This document shows positions 1-20,681 of a stretch of DNA of 64,000 nucleotides, piece by piece. Origin of the DNA: the human T2T-CHM13v2.0 reference genome, Homo sapiens. The stretch lies in the NCBI RefSeq assembly GCF_009914755.1, contig NC_060930.1; one strand, written 5' to 3'. The notes under the pieces are model-generated. The model worked only from the letters and a program-made list of their open reading frames with translations, was not told the DNA's origin and made no database searches. Each line of letters opens with the position of its first letter. Position 1 is the first letter of the stretch. Position numbers and translations under genes: made by a program.

Positions 1-469
1 CCTAAAAAAGATACTGGTGCCAAGATACCAGTACGAGCGGTATCTAGCACATTTAATAAAAATGAGTAAAAAGAGACTAAAACACCAAACCCCCAAAACA
101 AGCCAAAACCCTCATGAGAGTGTAGAGCTATCCGAAGGTAGAAAAGAATATCTTGAGAGGTAGAGAGTTCCATATAACCCAAGATGTTCAAGAATCTCTC
201 CAACTACCATATTCAGGATTCCTGGGAAGGGATGTGGAGCCTGGGAGCAATGTGTGGAATAGCAACCATCAAAGTCTAAGCGTGGAAGTCCAGCAGAGAT
301 CAACGGAGTCAAGACAGAAGAATCTGCTTTTCTAAATATTGTCATGTGAGTCAGAGCGACGGCTGCGAAGGAGATCCAGACCTTCCGACCTCCGATCCAT
401 TCTGCCCACTAGACTAGGGGCATCCATCACACACTTCAAAGTTGTTTAAAAGGTCCTAGATTTCAGCTA

Positions 470-925
<456 letters not shown>

Positions 926-1030
926 TTAGAAAATATTTCACAGTTTTGCCTACAGAGCTCATTATCATCCGCTTAAGTGATGTTTTAGAAAATTATTCAC
1001 TTATTTAGCAAGACTTAAAAATGCACTACT

Positions 1031-1380
<350 letters not shown>

Positions 1381-2082
1381 CTAAAGAAAAAAAAATGTAT
1401 TTAATCCTTAAATACTTTTTAAACTTACCAACCCCAAATATATAATAAATAATTCTGACAGGGCGAAGCTCAGAGACACTGGCCCCCAAAAATTTGCATA
1501 GTAATAAATATAGTCTTCTAAATGAAAGTAGGACTGCCCCATTCTCAACATTGGTATTAGAATCTACCTTTTGAATTTCTTTACATTTATGAAATAAGCT
1601 TTATTAACGAAATGACAACAAATAATATAACCACATTTTCAAAATTAAAAAAAATACATAAGCAAATAATAAACCTCCCTCATTTTTTCACTAAGCTACG
1701 TTTTCCTTTCTTCAAAACTGTTCTCTGTAGTCATTAAACCACAGAAGGGACATCAGTGACACAAACACCCATGTTTGATAGGTGAAAAACTGACTGGGAT
1801 CACTTGTCCAGCCTCCCAAGCAAGGCGACCCTGGCGTACTGTTCCCGGGTCCCTGCATTCTCTGCCCCTCTGCTCCACACTGCTCATCACGACTGCCTTG
1901 CTGCTTTGACTCCAGAAGAGGCCTCCATGATGCTCGTTTTTCGTTTTTTTGTTTTCTTTTTTCCTTAAATACACAACAGGAAGCACAGCTTGAATATTCA
2001 TATTTTATTTTAAAGTTCTTGAAAACAGCAAAACAAAATGAAGCTAGCTTTGAAGTGCTGTGATTACACAGAAAATCTCCTT

Positions 2083-2830
2083 CCATTCATTCAAATCATG
2101 ATGACTGGGCACCTACGATGGGCCACCACCATTTGAGACACCATTCTAGCTTATCCATTCTAGGAGGTGCTACACAGATAAAAATCTCTGCCTTAATGGA
2201 CCTCTTATACTTTAGTGTGGGAAGAATAAACAACAGATAAGTGAAATATGTAGAGTACGTTAGATAGTGATAAATGCTATGGAGAAATGTAAAAGCAGAG
2301 AAAAGGATGAGGTATGAGCAGACTGCATGTCAAACAAGGTGAGGGAACACGTCACTGAGAGGTGACCAAAAAGAAAGAAGGGGGCCGGGCGCGGTGACTC
2401 ACACCTGTAATCCCAGCACTTTGGGAGGCCGAGGTGGGTGGATCACGAGATCAAGAACATCCTGGCCAACATGGTGAAACCCTGTCTCTACCAAAAATAC
2501 AAAAATTAGCCGGGCGTAGTGGCAGGCGCCTTTAATCCCAGCTACCTGGGAGGCTGAGGCAGGAGAATCGCTTGAACCTGGGACATGGAGGTTGCGGTGA
2601 GCCAAGATCGCGCCACTCCAGCCTGGCAACAGAGCAAGACTCCATCTAAAAAAACAAAAAAAAAAAAGAAAGGGAAAGGGAAAGAAAAGAAAAGAAGCAA
2701 GTTGTGAAGGCGTCTGGGAGCAGAAGGCCGTGAGGCAGGAGCACGGTTGCTGTGTCCTGGGTCTGCAAGAAGGCCAGTGTGGCTGACACCCTGCACCCGA
2801 GGTCATAGAGGAAAAGGACGGGAAACGAAG
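2083..2830 (-). mobile_element. L2 (L2a-like) 3' fragment, split by an Alu
   Basis: cattcattcaa L2 tail, then gataaatgctatggagaaa...aaggccagtgtggctg, typical of L2. Confidence 0.65.
2383..2698 (+). mobile_element. AluSc-like with (GAAA/GGAAA) tail
   Basis: GGCCGGGCGCGG start, gatcacgagatcaaga, A-rich tail. aaaagaaagaag-like TSD. Confidence 0.9.
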
Positions 2831-3069
2831 GTGGAACCAGACCCTGGAAACCCTTGCAAACAGACCAGCTGCTTGTTCACCGCCTTTACCACCCACCATC
2901 CTCACTCACACCCTGTCTCCCTGAACCTCACACATCTGAGATGAGATGAAATCAAGTAAGAAGTCATTATGGTATTTTGAAAAAAAGAGGAAAGCATTTT
3001 TCCATGAATTGGCAGTTTCCCCAAATCTATCCTCAGGTGTATGAAAATCAGTATTAAAGATCTGAGGTG

Positions 3070-3379
3070 GGCCAGGCATGGTGGCTCATGCCCGTAATCC
3101 CAACACTTTGGGAGGTTGAGGCGGTCGGATCACTTGAGGCCAGGACTTGGAGACCAACTTGGCCAACATGGCAAAACCCTATCTCTACTAAAAATACAAA
3201 AAAACTAGCCGGGCATGGTGGTGCACGCTTGTAACCCCAACTACTCAGGAGACAGAGGCACAAGAAATGCTTGAACCTCGGAGACGGAGGTTGCAGTGAG
3301 CCGAGATTGTGTCACTGCACTCCAGCCTGGGTGACAGTGCAAGACTCTGTCTCAAAAAAAAAAAAAAAAAAAAAAAAAA
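3070..3379 (+). mobile_element. AluS (Sz/Sx-like)
   Basis: Full dimer with A tail. TSD aaagatctgaggtg / aaaaatctgaagtg. Confidence 0.92.
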
Positions 3380-4429
3380 TCTGAAGTGGTTACCAACCCT
3401 CATTATTTGAAACTACCTCAGTTGGAATGATCATTACAGATGCTTATTACAGCCCCAAATAAAACAATAGGAGACTAGAGGGTAGAGGAAGAAATATGTG
3501 TGTTGACATAAATTTTATCTCATTAGTCATTATTTATCTTTACAATACATTAAAAGGATTCAAATGTTTTTACAGCTTTGAATTTTGACTTTAAAACCTG
3601 AAATCCTAAGCCACAGCAAGGTAGTTGGCCTGGATTATATCCTAGTGCTACAAGTTCGGCAGCTGAATAAAATTGAGAACTATATGTTAATCATTCACTC
3701 AATATTTTCTTGACCACAATTATGCCTAGATCAGCACAAGAAACCAAAGAAAGCCTGCCAGCAATATTCCCTGCAGCAGGTCCTGAGGCAATTTTCCCAT
3801 CTGTGGTCACAGGAGGGGAAGCTTCTTAGTGGCCCAAGAGAAGCATCTACCTGAGGCGCTGGATGGGCACCTGAGAGTCCTGCATGGTTGCATGCAGCAG
3901 TCGCTCTTCTGGGGCATTGTCTCCCTTCAATAAATAGATCTATCTACTGCAAAATCTCACAGAACGCTACAAGTAGGTCCAACTCAAAAACAAAATTCAG
4001 ACTGCATAAGGGATCGTTCTGCATTGCTGACCTGAAACATCTGTGCCTTGTGACAAAAACTAGGAAGAGGGATCCCATACACTTAAGATCACTGGGACTG
4101 ACGTGGATATTTGTGAAGATGCCAAGAAGAACCGTGACAGATATATTGTCACTCTGCAATAAAATTAGAAAAAAAAATCCTCATGCCATAATGTATATAT
4201 ACATAAACTGTATCCAAAAATATGTGGCTGGTAAAATTTTAAGGCCAATCATTCTTCCTTCATTCATTCAAAAAAACAAAAGTCAAGATACAAAAATAGC
4301 CATTTTCTTTGTTGATCCAAACCACCAAGTTTTAAATGTCAATGCCTTGATTTTATCTTAAAAAGAAGTTAATAGCATTAGTCTAAAACCTGTATTCAGA
4401 GATAAATCATAATAGAAAGGAACAACTGG

Positions 4430-4610
4430 CAACAAAAAGACTGGAGTTTTAAAATTCTCATGACTACCTGTGATTTGGGACAAATTAATTAATGTTTCTG
4501 AGCCTCAGTTCATTTACCTATAAAATGAAGCTAGTAACAGCTCTTTCTCACTTGTAAGGGTTGGCAATATCATACACAAAGCATCTAGCTCTCAGTGAAC
4601 AGTAGCTACA
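4430..4610. mobile_element. MIR fragment
   Basis: tctgagcctcagttcatttacctataaaatg matches the MIR core. Confidence 0.6.
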
Positions 4611-6439
4611 GCATTACTGCTACCAATCTGTGTTAGAATTTGCTTTTGGTGAGATCCTATAGACAGGGCATTTGCTATGATGAGCCAGAGATACAAATTG
4701 TGGCACACAAGCCCAGGACAAGGTTTCTGTTTGTCTGCTTCATTGCTACCTCCCCCATGCATGGCACAGTGCCTGAAACTTTAAAGGTATCAAATAAAGA
4801 TATTTTTATTGAAAAGTAAGAAAAAAAGATAAATCACTACCCCTGTGGAGTATTATAATAAATCTCAAATTTGGGATTGGCCTATCACTTCCTGTTGTAA
4901 TAGTATACTCTGGTACTTCTGGTACTGAAGATATCTAATCAGCAAAAGTTTTAATTTCTTAAGGAATTCATTTACCTGAAACGGTAAGATCTGTTGTATT
5001 TTTTCAATTTGTAAGTAAATACATGTCAAGACATTCTGTGTGTGTCCAAAAGGCCAAGAAATCACAAAGCACAAATATTCACAGCCATAAACACAGTGGC
5101 TGTATTCCTCATAATGGGAAACTATGTAAAAACAAACCAAACCAAACCATAATAAATGGTAAGTATAATATTAACACCAAAATGAAACTATAATAAATGT
5201 TAATATGTAAAATGTTTAAGAAACTGCTAACACTACAGTTAAAACCTTTATGAGGCTAGCTCTCACAGGCATGTTCCAAACTCAATAAAAGAGGTGAATG
5301 CCACAATGGCTGTCAGAAACATGCAAGTCAAAACACAATCTAGAGGGAACAAAGCATTCGTGGAGCCCAAGGTCTCGGCAGCCCTAAATAATATCCCACC
5401 TGTCATTATGTCAAACAATTTGGCCCACTTCCATAACAAGACAAAAGTCACTTTTGTTGCATGTCAAATGTGGAGTGAGAACGAGCCAGAAAAAGCTGTT
5501 TGAAGGTTAGAAGTACTATGAGCAGTTTAAAAGAACAGCAATAAATAAAACTTGTTAATGCCCCTAACACTGCTAGTCAAAAATAGTCATGAATTAACAG
5601 ATGTTACTAGTATAACTACATGCCCAAGTGTCGGGCAAATTGAGTTATCTAAATAGGTGATCTACAAATAAAGATAGGAAGAATGAATAATTAATAACAG
5701 ACCATGTGGAAAAGAGATCTCACACATTTAAAACACCAACAAAAGGCACCCAATAAAACGGCTTTCAGAATACAAAGAGTAGATCTCATATTTTCATCAC
5801 CTGAAAAGTAGACCCTGCATAAGTTATGTTTTCATTGATCCAAGTGATACTAAAAGTTTAGAGAAGTACTTCAGAATTTTTAAAAATTAAACTTTGTTAA
5901 TAATCACAAATTATACATGTAATTACTATATTTTTCAGTTTATCAAATTTAGTAAAATTATTTTGGAAATCAGAATAAGAAATAAGGCCAATAGAAGGTT
6001 TACAAAAAACCGAAGTGTGGGAGGAGGAAGAGCAGAGGGAGAGAAAAAGCATATTCTGACCAATCATGCTTACATACTTGATGCAAAATCCTTCTTGACT
6101 GAATACTTTCCCATTGTTTTTGTCCCTGGGGCTTGCTGACAGAGACATTGTGTCCATGTGAAGGGAAAACCTGTTTTTTCCCCCACCTAGGATCCCAAAG
6201 GACCTCCTCCCCGATTCCCTACAATTTCTTCTATATTACCCATGCCCCTTCATCCCACTCTGGCCAAGTCACCCAGGCTCTTGCAGCCCTGTTGCTGACA
6301 GTTACACTTCCCGACACAAGGCCTGATGTTGAGGTGAGGGCAGCCTGGTCAGTTAATGAAGCTGGCATGGGGAGAAGAAAGGAAGCCCTTTTCAGAAAAC
6401 CTAGGCTGATTTCGTATGAGCTGATTCTTTGGGGATGCC

Positions 6440-6618
6440 ACAATAGACCACTTACAGAGTGCTTTTGGGGAGGGAGATGTCATTCTAAGCATTTCACTTA
6501 TATTCCTATAAAGTTCACAATAACCCAATAGTACTGTTATGGATAAGGAAGCTGGGAACAAAAAAGTTAAGCAGCTTGCTCAAGGTCACAAAAATCAGCA
6601 TGTGGCACAGAAAGGGCT
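6440..6618. mobile_element. MIR fragment cut off at the L1 junction
   Basis: aggaagctggga...aagttaagcagcttgctcaaggtcaca...ggcacag matches the MIR core. Confidence 0.65.
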
Positions 6619-6951
6619 CAAAAAGACAGCAGTAACCTCTGCAGACTTAAATGTTACTGTCTGACAGCTTTGAAGAGAGCAGTGGTTCTCCCAGCATGCA
6701 GCTGGAGATCTGAGGACAGGCAGACTGCCTCCTCAAGTGGATCCCTGACCCCTGACCCCTGAGCAGCCTAACTGGGAGGCACCCCCCAGCAGGGGCAGAC
6801 TGACACCTCACACAGCCTGGTACTCCAACAGACCTGCAGCTGAGGGTCCTGTCTGTTAGAGGGAAAACTAACAAACTGAAAGGACATCCACACCAAAAAC
6901 CCATCTGTACATCACCATCATCAAAGACCAAAAGTAGATAAAACCACAAAG

Positions 6952-7962
6952 ACGGGGAAAAAACACAGCAGAAAAACTGGAAACTCTAAAAAGCAGAGCG
7001 CCTCTCCTCCTCCAAAGGAACACAGTTCCTCACCAGCAATGGAACAAAGCTGGATGGAGAATGACTTTGACGAGCTGAGAGAAGGCTTCAGACGATCAAA
7101 TTACTCCGAGTTACAAGAGGACATTCAAACCAAAGGCAAAGAAGTTGAAAACTTTGAAAAAAATTTAGAAGAATGTATAACTAGAATAAACCAATACAGA
7201 GAAGTGCTTAAAGGAGCTGATGGAGCTGAAAACCAAGGCTCGAGAACTACGTGAAGAATGCAGAAGCCTCAGGAGCTGATGCGATCAACTGGAAGAAAGG
7301 GTATCAGCAATGGAAGATGAAATGAATGAAATGAAGCGAGAAGGGAAGTTTAGAGAAAAAAGAATAAAAAGAAACGAGCAAAGCCTCCAAGAAATATGGG
7401 ACTATGTGAAAAGACCAAATCTACGTCTGATTGGTGTACCTGAAAGTCACGGGGAGAATGGAACCAAGTTGGAAAACACTCTGCAGGATATTATCCAGAA
7501 GAACTTCCCCAATCTAGCAAGGCAGGCCAACATTCAGGTTCAGGAAATACAGAGAATGCCACAAAGATACTGCTCAAGAAGAGCAACTCCAAGACACATA
7601 ATTGTCAGATTCACCAAAGTTGAAATGAAGGAAAAAATGTTAAGGACAGTCAGAGAGAAAGGTCAGGTTACCCTCAAAGGGAAGCCCATCAGACTAAGCG
7701 GATCTCTCGGCAGAAACTCTACCAGCCAGAAGAGAGTGGGGGCCAATATTCAACATTCTTAAAGAAAAGAATTTTCAACCCAGAATTTCATATCCAGCCA
7801 AACTAAGCTTCATAAGTGAAGGAGAAATAAAATACTTTACAGACAAGCAAATGCTGAGATTTTGTCACCACCAGGCCTGCCCTAAAAGAGCTCCTGAAGA
7901 AAGCGCTAAACATGGAAAGGAACAACCGGTACCAGCCACTGCAAAATCATGCCAAAATGTAA
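6952..7962 (+). pseudogene. L1 ORF1 (disabled)
   Basis: Start codon is ACG at 6952-6954. ORF1p sequence is split over several frames (7039-7254, 7310-7762). Stop TAA at 7960-7962. Confidence 0.92.
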
Positions 7963-8025
7963 AGACCATTGAGACTAGGAAGAAACTGCATCAACTAATG
8001 AGCAAAATAACCAGCTAACATCATA

Positions 8026-11849
<3,824 letters not shown>

Positions 11850-13696
11850 ACAATGAGAACACATGGACACAAGAAGGGGAACATCACACTCTGGGGCCTG
11901 TTGTGGGGTGGGGGGAGGGGGGAGGGATAGCATTGGGAGATATACCTAATGCTAGATGACGAGTTAGTGGGTGCAGTGCACCAGCATGGCACATGTATAC
12001 ATATGTAACTAACCTGCACATTGTGCACATGTACCGTAAAACCTAAAGTATAATAATAATAAAAAAAAGAAAAACCATTATCAAAATATTCTGAAAAGCA
12101 AATTTATGATATAGTAATACATATCCTTTAAGATCTAGCAATCTGATGGATGAGGTCACAAGAGCTGGGGCTGGAAATGTCATAAAATATATGAACTGAA
12201 AACACTTCTTTATATATGTTATATATGTTTAAAGGCATTATCAATACTAAGACCACCATATAGCAAAAGTCAGATGTCTCAAAAGATGGCTCTAAATACT
12301 CCTGATCCAGAAGCTTTCTTCAGTCCCAGTGCACTTGACCTCACTGAAACTCCAGGGTCCCAGGACGTCCTCACCCATGGCTCCTAAGAACCCACGCTTA
12401 CCTGCAACTCCTACTTTTCCATTTCTGTTCCTTCTGCAGTTCTTCCAATTCCTGAACACAGATATGTCCAAAGGATTCCCATCAGAGTGTATATCATAAA
12501 ACCAGTATCCTGTGGAACACTGCTTAGTAAATTCCTGACTGGCTCTCCTGGTCTTTATCTGCCACTACCACACACCACATTTACTCTTAGTGATATTTCC
12601 TCACTCTTGTCTACCCACAGAAGACATGCCCTTGCTCCAGAAATGACACCCAGAAACCCTAAACAACAGAAGAGATTCCCACCAAGCAGAGGGAAAGTGC
12701 TCTTTTTCCAATGGCTTGCTCTGTCTCTTGTCCACATACACATCTGTTCTGAAGAACATGAGTTGCCACCAAGCATTCCCTACTGAACCCACATCCCAGA
12801 TGTTAACTGGATCAAAACCAGAATAATAAACGTCAAATCCTAAATTCCCTGTTAAATTACCTACGAAACCCAAATCAGAAATTTTTAAGATAAAGTGCAC
12901 AGGGCATTTCAGCTGTCTTTATTTTTCTTTCTACATACCTTTTCTACTTCTTATCCTGATGAATTGGTCTCAACTAAGAAATCACAAATGTTCCTTTTAT
13001 CCCATTAGCATAAGGGGTGACAAGAGTTTGTCCTGTGTGAGACACTCCTTTATTCCTTTCCATGAGCCCATGTGACGTACTAGATAATAAATTTCTTGAG
13101 AACAAAGACAATGCTGTACACATTTGTATATCCCACATGGCTACCTCTTAATTAACAGGAGCTCAATAAATGCTACAGGTGTACAAGAACAACAAAGTAA
13201 AGACACTAAAAATGTACCCAAAGGCAGCATCTCTAGCAAAGAAAAAGCATTGCATCTTCCTCAACATTTAACAACTGAAAAAGCTATGAAAAACAATGAC
13301 ATACGGGATACTTCACATTTAAAAAAAAAAAAAAAGAACAAAAATTCTAAACCCTCAAACCCCAAACCTCCATTCACGGACCTGTAGTGCCATAGTTGAA
13401 GTGTCTAAGATAGCAAAAAGGCAAATGATTGCGAAGACTGAATACCAATTCCAAGACGGTCCAAGCTCGAGCTGCTTATGCCAATGTTTCTTACTTTGAA
13501 TGTGATCTTGGGAAGTTCACAGCACATACCTATACCTCACTTTCTTTATGTCTAAAATGGAAACACTTTGATTAAAGCAACGAAGGGGGGAAAAAAGAGT
13601 AAAAGTGATGAAAAAGCCTTCTTTGCATTCGTAGAACAATTCTTTATTAGCGAAGAAACCCACATGTGAGTAAGAGGGTTCTTGCCAGGCAGGGGC

Positions 13697-13762
13697 GTGT
13701 GTGCATGTGTGTGTGTATTGCATGTCTGTGTGTTGCTTGTCTGTGTTTGTCTGTGTAGGTGT
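13697..13762. repeat. degenerate (TG)n / (TGTC)n simple repeat
   Basis: gtgtgtgcatgtgtgtgtgtattgcatgtctgtgtg... Confidence 0.7.
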
Positions 13763-16299
13763 TTGGCCATGGATACAATTTACATGCTTAACTTTTCCTT
13801 TACACAGTAGGAAATGTATGCCTTAGAACAAAGCCACTATTAATTTACATTTAAAAACTTTTGTTTCTACAATTGAGATCCAGTAAAATGTTCAAAATTC
13901 TAAAAGAAAGGGGAGCAAATCTCCTTTACCTTCAATACCATAATTCATGAAGGTTCCAACAGTTACTCCTCGTGAATATTTGAAGAAAAGTAAGATATCT
14001 ACAAAGGCTTAGGATGTCTGAAGGCAGCCTGCCTATCCTTTTCATTTTAAATAAAACTGATCAAACATGGATTATTGCTCCAAAATATGCTGGAATTTCC
14101 AATTCTCTCAAAGCTATTAGGAGCATGAACTCTAAGTTTTAGTTTCATAGGAGTAGGGAGTGGATTCTGGGAGTTACAGTTTTGTTTTTGGGTGACCAAT
14201 TTCTGCAAACTGAAGTTAAGGAAAGATACTGGCTGTCATCCAAAACCAATCTTCTTACAATTTCATCATTTTAGGACAAGCAGTAGATCCTTCACACTGC
14301 ATGGAACAAAATCAATAGAAGCCAAGAACAACAGGCATTGCTCTTTCAAGACCATTTCATCAGCATTTAGCAGAAGCAAACACAATGAGGTATCTATAAG
14401 CTGCAAGAATAACAACATTTTCACTTTGTTATTCACTGTGCTCTAACCTGAACCCCATCTTCTTGTTCCAAATGCCATTTCAATACTTGAAATTGCTATA
14501 ACTGGTAAAATCACAAACACATTTGTGAATTTCTATTTGCTTAAATAAGCTGAGTGTGTGACCTTTCTCTGTCTCAGGTTCAGATAATCTTCATTAATAG
14601 ACTATTTTCTTTTTGCAAATATTGTTTTAACCCATCTGAGGCTCAATGTCCCTTCCCTAGAAATACCAACTAATGGTTCTGTTTCCACCATGGGATGTTT
14701 AGGTTAGACAGTCAGTGCACAGGGAAAATTAACACAGCCTCCACCTGATGCAGACCATGTTAATTTCTGCCCGCACCGCTTTGTGCCGAATGCACCAGTG
14801 CGCCTTGGCAACAGCTCTGGGCCCCGGAGAGGCACCTTTTCTAAATGTATCTGGTTACTCTTCATCATCGTGGCATCCTGGAAAGGCAGAGCATCAGTCT
14901 GCAGAATAAAAAGAAGCCACTTACCAGATGCATAAAAAAGGAATATCTTTAGTATTCAGAAAATGACACTCTGTTTATAGGCTGCTTTAAAAACAAACAA
15001 AAACTTTTGTTGATACATATTTTACATATTTTCAGAGCACATGTGATATTTTGCTACATGTATAGAATGTGTAATGATCAAGTTAGGGTGTTTGGGGTAT
15101 TCATCACCTTGGGTATTTATCATTTCTATGTGTTGGGAACATTTCAAGTCCTCTCTTCTAGCTGCTCTGAAATATACAACACATTGTCACTAACTACAGT
15201 CACCCTACCCTGCTACCAAATATTAGAACTTACATCTTCTAACTGTATGTTTGTACTCATTGACCAAACTCTCTTTATCTGTTCCCCTCCAACCCCTGCC
15301 ACCCACACATCCTTCCCACTCTCTGGCATCTATCGTTCTACTCTTTACTGCCACAAGGGTAAGTTTTTTAGCTCACACATATCAGTGACAACATGTGGAA
15401 TTTATCTTTCTGTGCCTGGGTTATATAATGACCTCCAGTTCCATACATGTGGCTGCAAATAATATGATTTCATTCTTTCATTATGTTTTACGGCCAAATA
15501 ATATTCCATCATGTATATATACCACATTTTCTTTATACATTTGTCCACCGATGAACAGTTAGGTTGATTCCATAATTCACTTTCCTATTGTGAATACTGC
15601 TGCAATAAACATGCAAGTGCAGGTATGCCTTTGAAATACTAATTTCCTTTCCTTTGGATAGATGCCCAATAGTAGAATTGATGGACAGTATGACAGTTCT
15701 ATTTTTAGTTTTCTAAGAAATATCCATACTGTTTTCCATAAGTGGTTGTATTAATTCACCTTCCCACAACCAGTGTACAAGAGTTCCCTTTCCTCTATAT
15801 CCTTGCCAACATCTGCTATTTTTTGCCTTTTTAATGATAACCATTCTAACTGGGGTAAGATGATATATCATCCTTGTATTGATTTACATTTCCCTGACAC
15901 TTAGTGATCTTGAGCATCTTTTCAAATACCTGTTGGCCACTTGCATGGCTTTGGAGAATTGTCCATTTATGGGCTTTGCCTACTTTTCAATGGGATTTTT
16001 TTTATTGTTGAGCTATTTGAGTACCCTGCACATTTTGGATATCAGTCCATTGTTGGATGAATAGTTTGCAAATATTTTTTTCCGCTCAATAGGTTGTTTC
16101 TTCATTCTTTTGACTGTTTCCTTTGCTGTGCAGATGCTTTTTAGTTTAATATAGTGCCATTTGTCTATTTTTGTTTTAGTTCTCTGTGCTTTGAGATCTT
16201 AACCATAAAATCTTTGTCTAGAACAACATCCTTAAGTGTTTTCCCTATGTTTTATTCTAGTAGTTTTACAGCTTTGGGTCTTACGTTTAAGTCTTTTAA

Positions 16300-16440
<141 letters not shown>

Positions 16441-16888
16441 CATTTAAGTCTTCCTATACTGGGAGAAAGTCAGGTCCAGTTTCATTCTTCTGCATGTGGA
16501 TATCCAATTTTCCCCAGAACCATTTATTGAAGAGGGTGTACTTTCCCTAACGTATGCTCTTGGTGTCTTTGTCAAAAATCAGTTGTTATAAGTATGTAGA
16601 TTTATTTCTGGGTTCTCTATTCTGTTCCACTGTTCTATATAACTTTTTATAGCTATATGATGATATTTTGATTACTATAGTCTTGAAATATATTTTGAGG
16701 TCAGAGAGTGTGATGCTTCCAGCTTTATTCCTTTTGCTCAGGATTTCTTTGGCTGTTCTCTTTGGTTCCATAACAACATTAGAATTATTTTTTCTATTTC
16801 TGTGAGAAATGACATTGCTATTTTGATAGGGACTGCACTGATATAGTAGATGCCTTTGAGCAGTATTGTCATGTTAATGCTATAAATT

Positions 16889-18560
<1,672 letters not shown>

Positions 18561-20655
18561 TGATTCATGAGCATGGGATATCTTTTCATTTGTTTGTCTT
18601 CTATTTCGTTCATCCATCTTTTGTAGTTTGCTTTGTCGAAATCTTTACCTCCTTGGTTAAATTTATTCCTATGTTTTTTTAATAGCTAGTGTAAATAGAA
18701 TTGCCTTCTTGATATCTTTGGTGGCTATTTCATTATACTTGTATAGGAACACTACTGATTTTTACATGTTCATTTTGTATTCTGCAACTTGGCTGAATTT
18801 GTTTATCAGTTCTAAGAGTTTTTTGTGGTAGTCTTGTTTTTTTCTAATAAGATCACGTCATCTCAAAGGTAAACAGTCTGACTTCCTTTCTACCAATTTA
18901 AATGCATTTTATTTTTTAATCTTGTGTGATTTGCTAGGATTTCCAGTGCCATGTAGAATAGGAGTGGTGAAAATGGGCATCCTGGTATTGTTTCTGTTCC
19001 TAAAGCAAAGACTTTCAACTTTTCCCCATTCAGTATGATGTTAGCTGTGAGTTTGCCATATATGTCCTTTATGATTTTGAGGTATGTTTCTTCTATGCCA
19101 TATTTGCTGAGAGTTTTTTATCATGAAGGGATGCTGAATTTTATCAAATGCTTTTTCTACAACTATTGAGATGATCGTATGTTTTTTATCATTCATTCTG
19201 CTTACGTGATGTATCACATTTGTTAATTTGCATATGTTGAACCATCCTTGTAGCCCTGGTATAAAGCCCACTTGATTGTGGTGTATTATCTTTTCAATGT
19301 GCAGTAGGAATCAGTTTGCCAGTATTCTGTCGAGGATTTTTGAATCCATATTCATCAAGAATAATGACCTGTACTTTTCTTTTTTTGTGTGTCCTTGTCT
19401 GGTTTTGGTATAAGGGTGATGCTGCCCTCATAGAATGAGTTAGGGAGAATTCCTTTCTCTTCAATTTTTTGGAATAGTTTCAAGAGGATTAGTATCAGTT
19501 CTTCTTTATACATATGGTAGAATTCGGCCAAGAATCAATCTGCTCCTAGCCCTTTCTTTGCTGAGAGACTTTTTATTACTGATATGACTTTGTTACTGGT
19601 TATTGGTTTGTTCAGGCTTTCTGTTTTTTCCAGATTCAAGCTTGGTAGATGGTAGGTGTCCAGGAAATTATCCATTTCCTCTAGATTTTCCAGTCTGTTA
19701 GTGTGTAGCTGTTCATGATAGTCTCTGATGAACCTTTGTATTTCTGTGGTATCAGATGTAATTTCTTTTTTATTTCTGATTTATGTGGGTCATCTCTCCT
19801 TTTCTTGGTTAGTCAAGCTAGTGATTTATCAATTTTGTGTCTTTTCAAAGAATCAACTTTTCGTTTAACTGATCCTTTGAACTGTTACTTTAGTCTCTAT
19901 TTTGCTTATCTCTGCCCTGATCTACATTATTTCTTTCTTTCTCCTAATCTTGGATTTGTTTTGTTCTTGCTTTTCTAGTTTCTTGAGGTGCATCATTAGA
20001 TTGTTTATTTAAACTCTACTGTTTTGATGTGGGCATTTATTGCTATAAACTTCATGTTAGTACTGCTTTTGCTGTATCCCACAGGTTTTGGTATGTTGTG
20101 TTTCCACTTTCATTCGTTTCAAGAAATTTTTTAACTTCCTTCTTAATTTCTTAATTGATCTAATCGTCATTCAGGAACATGTTGTTTAATTCCATACATC
20201 CGTATAGTTTCCAAAGATCCTCTTGATATTTCTAGTTTTATTCCATTGTGTTCTGAGGACATAGTTGATATGATCTTGCGTTTTAAAAAATTGTTGTTAC
20301 CTATTTTGTGGCCTAACAGTCTATTCTGGAGAATATTCCATGTGCTGATGAGAAGACTTTATATTCTGTAGTTTTTGGATAAAATGTTCTGTAAATATCT
20401 GTTGAGTCCAGGTAGTCTAAAATCCAGTTTAAATAAAAGTTTATAAATGTTTGTTAACTTTCTGTCTAAATGATTTGTCTCATGCTGAGAATGGGGTTGG
20501 AGTTCCCCACTATTATTGTATTGTAGTCTCTCTCCTTAAATCTAGTAATATTTATCCTATGAATCTTGTTGCTCCAGTGTTGGACACATATATATTTAGA
20601 GCCATAATATTCTGTTGCTGAATTGATTCCTTTGTCATTGCATAATGACCTTGTC

Positions 20656-20681
20656 TTTTTTTTTTTTTTTTTTTTTTTTTT
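20656..20681. repeat. poly(T)26 tract within the old L1
   Basis: Direct count. Confidence 0.9.

Noticed and set aside
3888-4361. 157-aa plus-strand ORF in non-repeat DNA
   Set aside because: No recognisable domain, antisense intronic location, and a length compatible with chance.
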